DNA of 42,085 nucleotides from positions 1 through 42,085 of the forward strand of contig CBDTVT010000001.1 of NCBI GenBank assembly GCA_965364275.1, in the 5' to 3' direction. This document shows, piece after piece, positions 39,565-42,085 of the stretch (position 1 is its first letter; every line of letters begins with the position of its first letter). The stretch is from an uncultured Eudoraea sp. GTDB lineage: Bacteria > Bacteroidota > Bacteroidia > Flavobacteriales > Flavobacteriaceae. The notes beneath the pieces are model-generated. The model did not search any database, was not told where the DNA came from, and worked only from the letters and a program-made list of their open reading frames with translations. Position numbers and translations under genes: made by a program.

Positions 39565-42085
39565 CTAATTAATGAATTCTGGAGTAATTTTTTTATCAAT
39601 ATAGACTAAAATCTTATTTTCAACTATATATCCCATGGTTTTCAACGCATCGGCATAGGTGTATAATTGTTCATAATATTTTTGAGCTTTTTTTCCGGTT
39701 TTATAATCAATTAATGTAACCCTTTGATTATTAAAAACCATACGATCTGGTCGTAAAATTAGACCATTTTCTGTTATAATTTCATTTTCATTCTTAACGT
39801 TATTTTCAGTTGTAAAGAATGATTTCAGTTTCGGATGCCAAATGATTTGTTGTACTGTTTCCTTTAGTTGAGTTCCTTCTTCAACTTTAAGATCTCCTTT
39901 TCTGATCATATAAGCAATTGCGGGGTCAATATCGCTCTCGGTCTTAATAAGCCCCATCGTATAGTGGATTATATTACCTTTTTTAATCGCCTCTTCTCTC
40001 TTGCTGTCCCACAGACTACCAGACTGGGTAATGATATTGAAAGTGGTATTATTCTTTTGAGTACATATATAAGGGATATATGGTTGCGCTTTTGGGAGCA
40101 GTTGTTCTTGATCCTTGGATTCAGATGATCCAAAGGAATATCTGATTTTGTTTTCATCCCAAATTCCTTGACTTTTTAAAAAGTGGATAAATAATCCGGA
40201 GTAGTTATCTAATTTAAATTCCTTCTTAGCATTAAGAAGCATTTCTGTTACTATAATGAGCCTATCCACTGCTCGTGTAAGTGCTACATATAGTAAGTTA
40301 AATGCATCCAATTCGAGTTTATGCTGTTCTTCTTCATAAATTGTTCTGGCTGCCTCCCCATAATGTAACACTTCTGATTTCTTATTTATTAGTACTTCAT
40401 TAAAATCTCCAAAATCCTCAACAGGCAACCACAATTTTGGTTCTAGTTCGTCATAAATTTTAGAGTTCGCAAAAGGGTAAATGACAACTGGAAATTCTAA
40501 TCCCTTTGCTTTGTGTATGGTCATTATCTGAACGGCATTCAAATTTTCTGGAGCTACAATACTGAGCCTTTCTTTATTCTTTTCCCAATAGTCTAAAAAT
40601 GAAGCGATACTGGTATCATCCCTTTGTTCAGAATCAATCACCTCATCCATAAAATAAGTAAGGTAGGCATCTGAATGTTCAACTAACTTGAATTGGTTTA
40701 TTGCGTATTCCAGGCCATCAGGTAAAGAGTTATACTTTACTTCGTTAATATTAAAGTTGTAAACTTCATTTAGGGTAGAAAGCAAATTGTTTAAATGTTT
40801 TTGAATAAACTCATGTTTGTTTTCTCTGTTTGCGGCAAGAAAATATAATATTTCATAGCAAATTTCTGAATCCTCGGGTGCGTTAATATGCTTTAATAAA
40901 TTGACTAGAAAATTGACTTTTGGATTATTCTTAAGCAAGAGTGTTTCAGAGGAAATTATTGGAATATTTTTTTCTATAAGAAAATCGGCTAAAATAATAC
41001 CATGTTTTCGTTTTCTGGTGAGAATACAGATGTCTGCATAATTATACTTATCGGCGCGTGCATCTTTGATTGATCTTAATACCTCATTGCAATACTCTAA
41101 GTCTTTATTCTCCTTAGGCATTTTAATAAAATTCAAATCTACATATCCACCTACTTTATCATTAAAATCTTGTTTATTTCCATCCGTAAAAAGTAAATTG
41201 TATTGTGGACTATTAAGGAACGGGCTTGTAACGGTAAAAAAGGCATTATTAAATTTTATGAGTTCCTCTCGGCTTCTGTAATTTGTTTCTAGTGAGCTAA
41301 TATGTGGTTCTACCACAAAAGGATTTGTTTCTTTGTTAATCAGGTTCAAAAATTGTTCGGCCCGCCCACCACGCCATCTGTAGATTGCTTGTTTTACATC
41401 TCCAACCAACAACAAGGTTCCCATATTACCCTGTTCATCTTCACTTTCGAGGGCATTACTTATTAATGGAACGAGATTCTCCCATTGCATTTGTGAAGTA
41501 TCCTGAAATTCATCAATAAAGTAATGACGATATTTTTCGCCCAATCGTTCATAAATGTATGGAGCGGGTTGGTTCCGTATTTCATCTGAAATAATGGTAT
41601 TAAATGAGGATATTGGAATCTGATCCCGTTCTGACTCAATGGTTTTAATTTCTTGTTGGATTGCATTTAAAACCGTTAATGGCACAATATTTAAATAGGA
41701 ATTCCGCAAAAAAGATCTATGGTATACCCTATTTTTAATTTCTAAAAAATATTTTTGAAGGGCGAATACCAATTCCGGATTAGGAGCCTGAAATCCTGAT
41801 TTGAAAATTTTACCTTCCTGTAAATTATTTTCTAATTGGTTATTGTAAAGCTTAGCAGGATTAAATTCGAAATCACGAATTTTAGTAAAGTGGTTGGGAA
41901 GCGTTTTCCTGGGAAATACCTCCAAATCAATACCGGATTCAGATATTGTTTCTAGAGCTTGCTTTGCAAGGTCTTTAACTTCATCCTCTATAAGGGTGAT
42001 TTTTTTTTGAATTAATTTTTTGAGGGTTAAAAAATCCTGTGGACTTTTATTTTTTAGAAGGTCAAGATGATAAGATTGATTTTCC
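39565..42085 (-). CDS. AddA-like UvrD/REP helicase-nuclease, 3' part (5' end beyond the window)
   Basis: Frame stays open from 41925 to the window end (..[22 protein letters not shown]); [58 protein letters not shown]. Confidence 0.9.
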   Translation of the reverse strand, partial: ENQSYHLDLLKNKSPQDFLTLKKLIQKKITLIEDEVKDLAKQALETISESGIDLEVFPRKTLPNHFTKIRDFEFNPAKLYNNQLENNLQEGKIFKSGFQAPNPELVFALQKYFLEIKNRVYHRSFLRNSYLNIVPLTVLNAIQQEIKTIESERDQIPISSFNTIISDEIRNQPAPYIYERLGEKYRHYFIDEFQDTSQMQWENLVPLISNALESEDEQGNMGTLLLVGDVKQAIYRWRGGRAEQFLNLINKETNPFVVEPHISSLETNYRSREELIKFNNAFFTVTSPFLNSPQYNLLFTDGNKQDFNDKVGGYVDLNFIKMPKENKDLEYCNEVLRSIKDARADKYNYADICILTRKRKHGIILADFLIEKNIPIISSETLLLKNNPKVNFLVNLLKHINAPEDSEICYEILYFLAANRENKHEFIQKHLNNLLSTLNEVYNFNINEVKYNSLPDGLEYAINQFKLVEHSDAYLTYFMDEVIDSEQRDDTSIASFLDYWEKNKERLSIVAPENLNAVQIMTIHKAKGLEFPVVIYPFANSKIYDELEPKLWLPVEDFGDFNEVLINKKSEVLHYGEAARTIYEEEQHKLELDAFNLLYVALTRAVDRLIIVTEMLLNAKKEFKLDNYSGLFIHFLKSQGIWDENKIRYSFGSSESKDQEQLLPKAQPYIPYICTQKNNTTFNIITQSGSLWDSKREEAIKKGNIIHYTMGLIKTESDIDPAIAYMIRKGDLKVEEGTQLKETVQQIIWHPKLKSFFTTENNVKNENEIITENGLILRPDRMVFNNQRVTLIDYKTGKKAQKYYEQLYTYADALKTMGYIVENKILVYIDKKITPEFIN

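Overview
AT-rich, densely coding chromosomal segment of a Flavobacteriaceae (Bacteroidota) genome, judged from gene content and order, TAnnTTTG -7 promoter boxes and A-rich starts. It is mostly core genes: ribE/pdxA, yceD-rpmF-fabH-accB-accC, arfB, prolyl oligopeptidase, asd, mscL, alr, tdk, rsmI, recJ, lpxH, queD, tRNA-Ala(GGC), ompA, kbl and an AddA/AddB-like pair. The first ~8 kb are more accessory: 5' end of a PQQ-dependent dehydrogenase, a DUF6090-like protein, an NTF2-like lipoprotein, a TerB-like protein, a GH144 beta-1,2-glucanase with an EEP phosphodiesterase, TauE, and an SSS transporter with an HGSNAT/NagX-like protein. I see no CRISPR array, transposase, integrase, prophage or recognisable defence island, so I cannot claim a clear new multi-gene system. 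The best leads are (i) a 37-aa single-pass membrane microprotein ORF missing from the ORF track, (ii) loss of structural Zn/Fe-S cysteine ligands in four unrelated housekeeping proteins (YceD, bL32, Tdk, AddB), (iii) a GH144+EEP pair that may debranch substituted beta-1,2-glucans, and (iv) a divergent GreA-like factor tightly coupled to a flavin oxidoreductase. All family calls come from motif recognition by eye; no searches were run.
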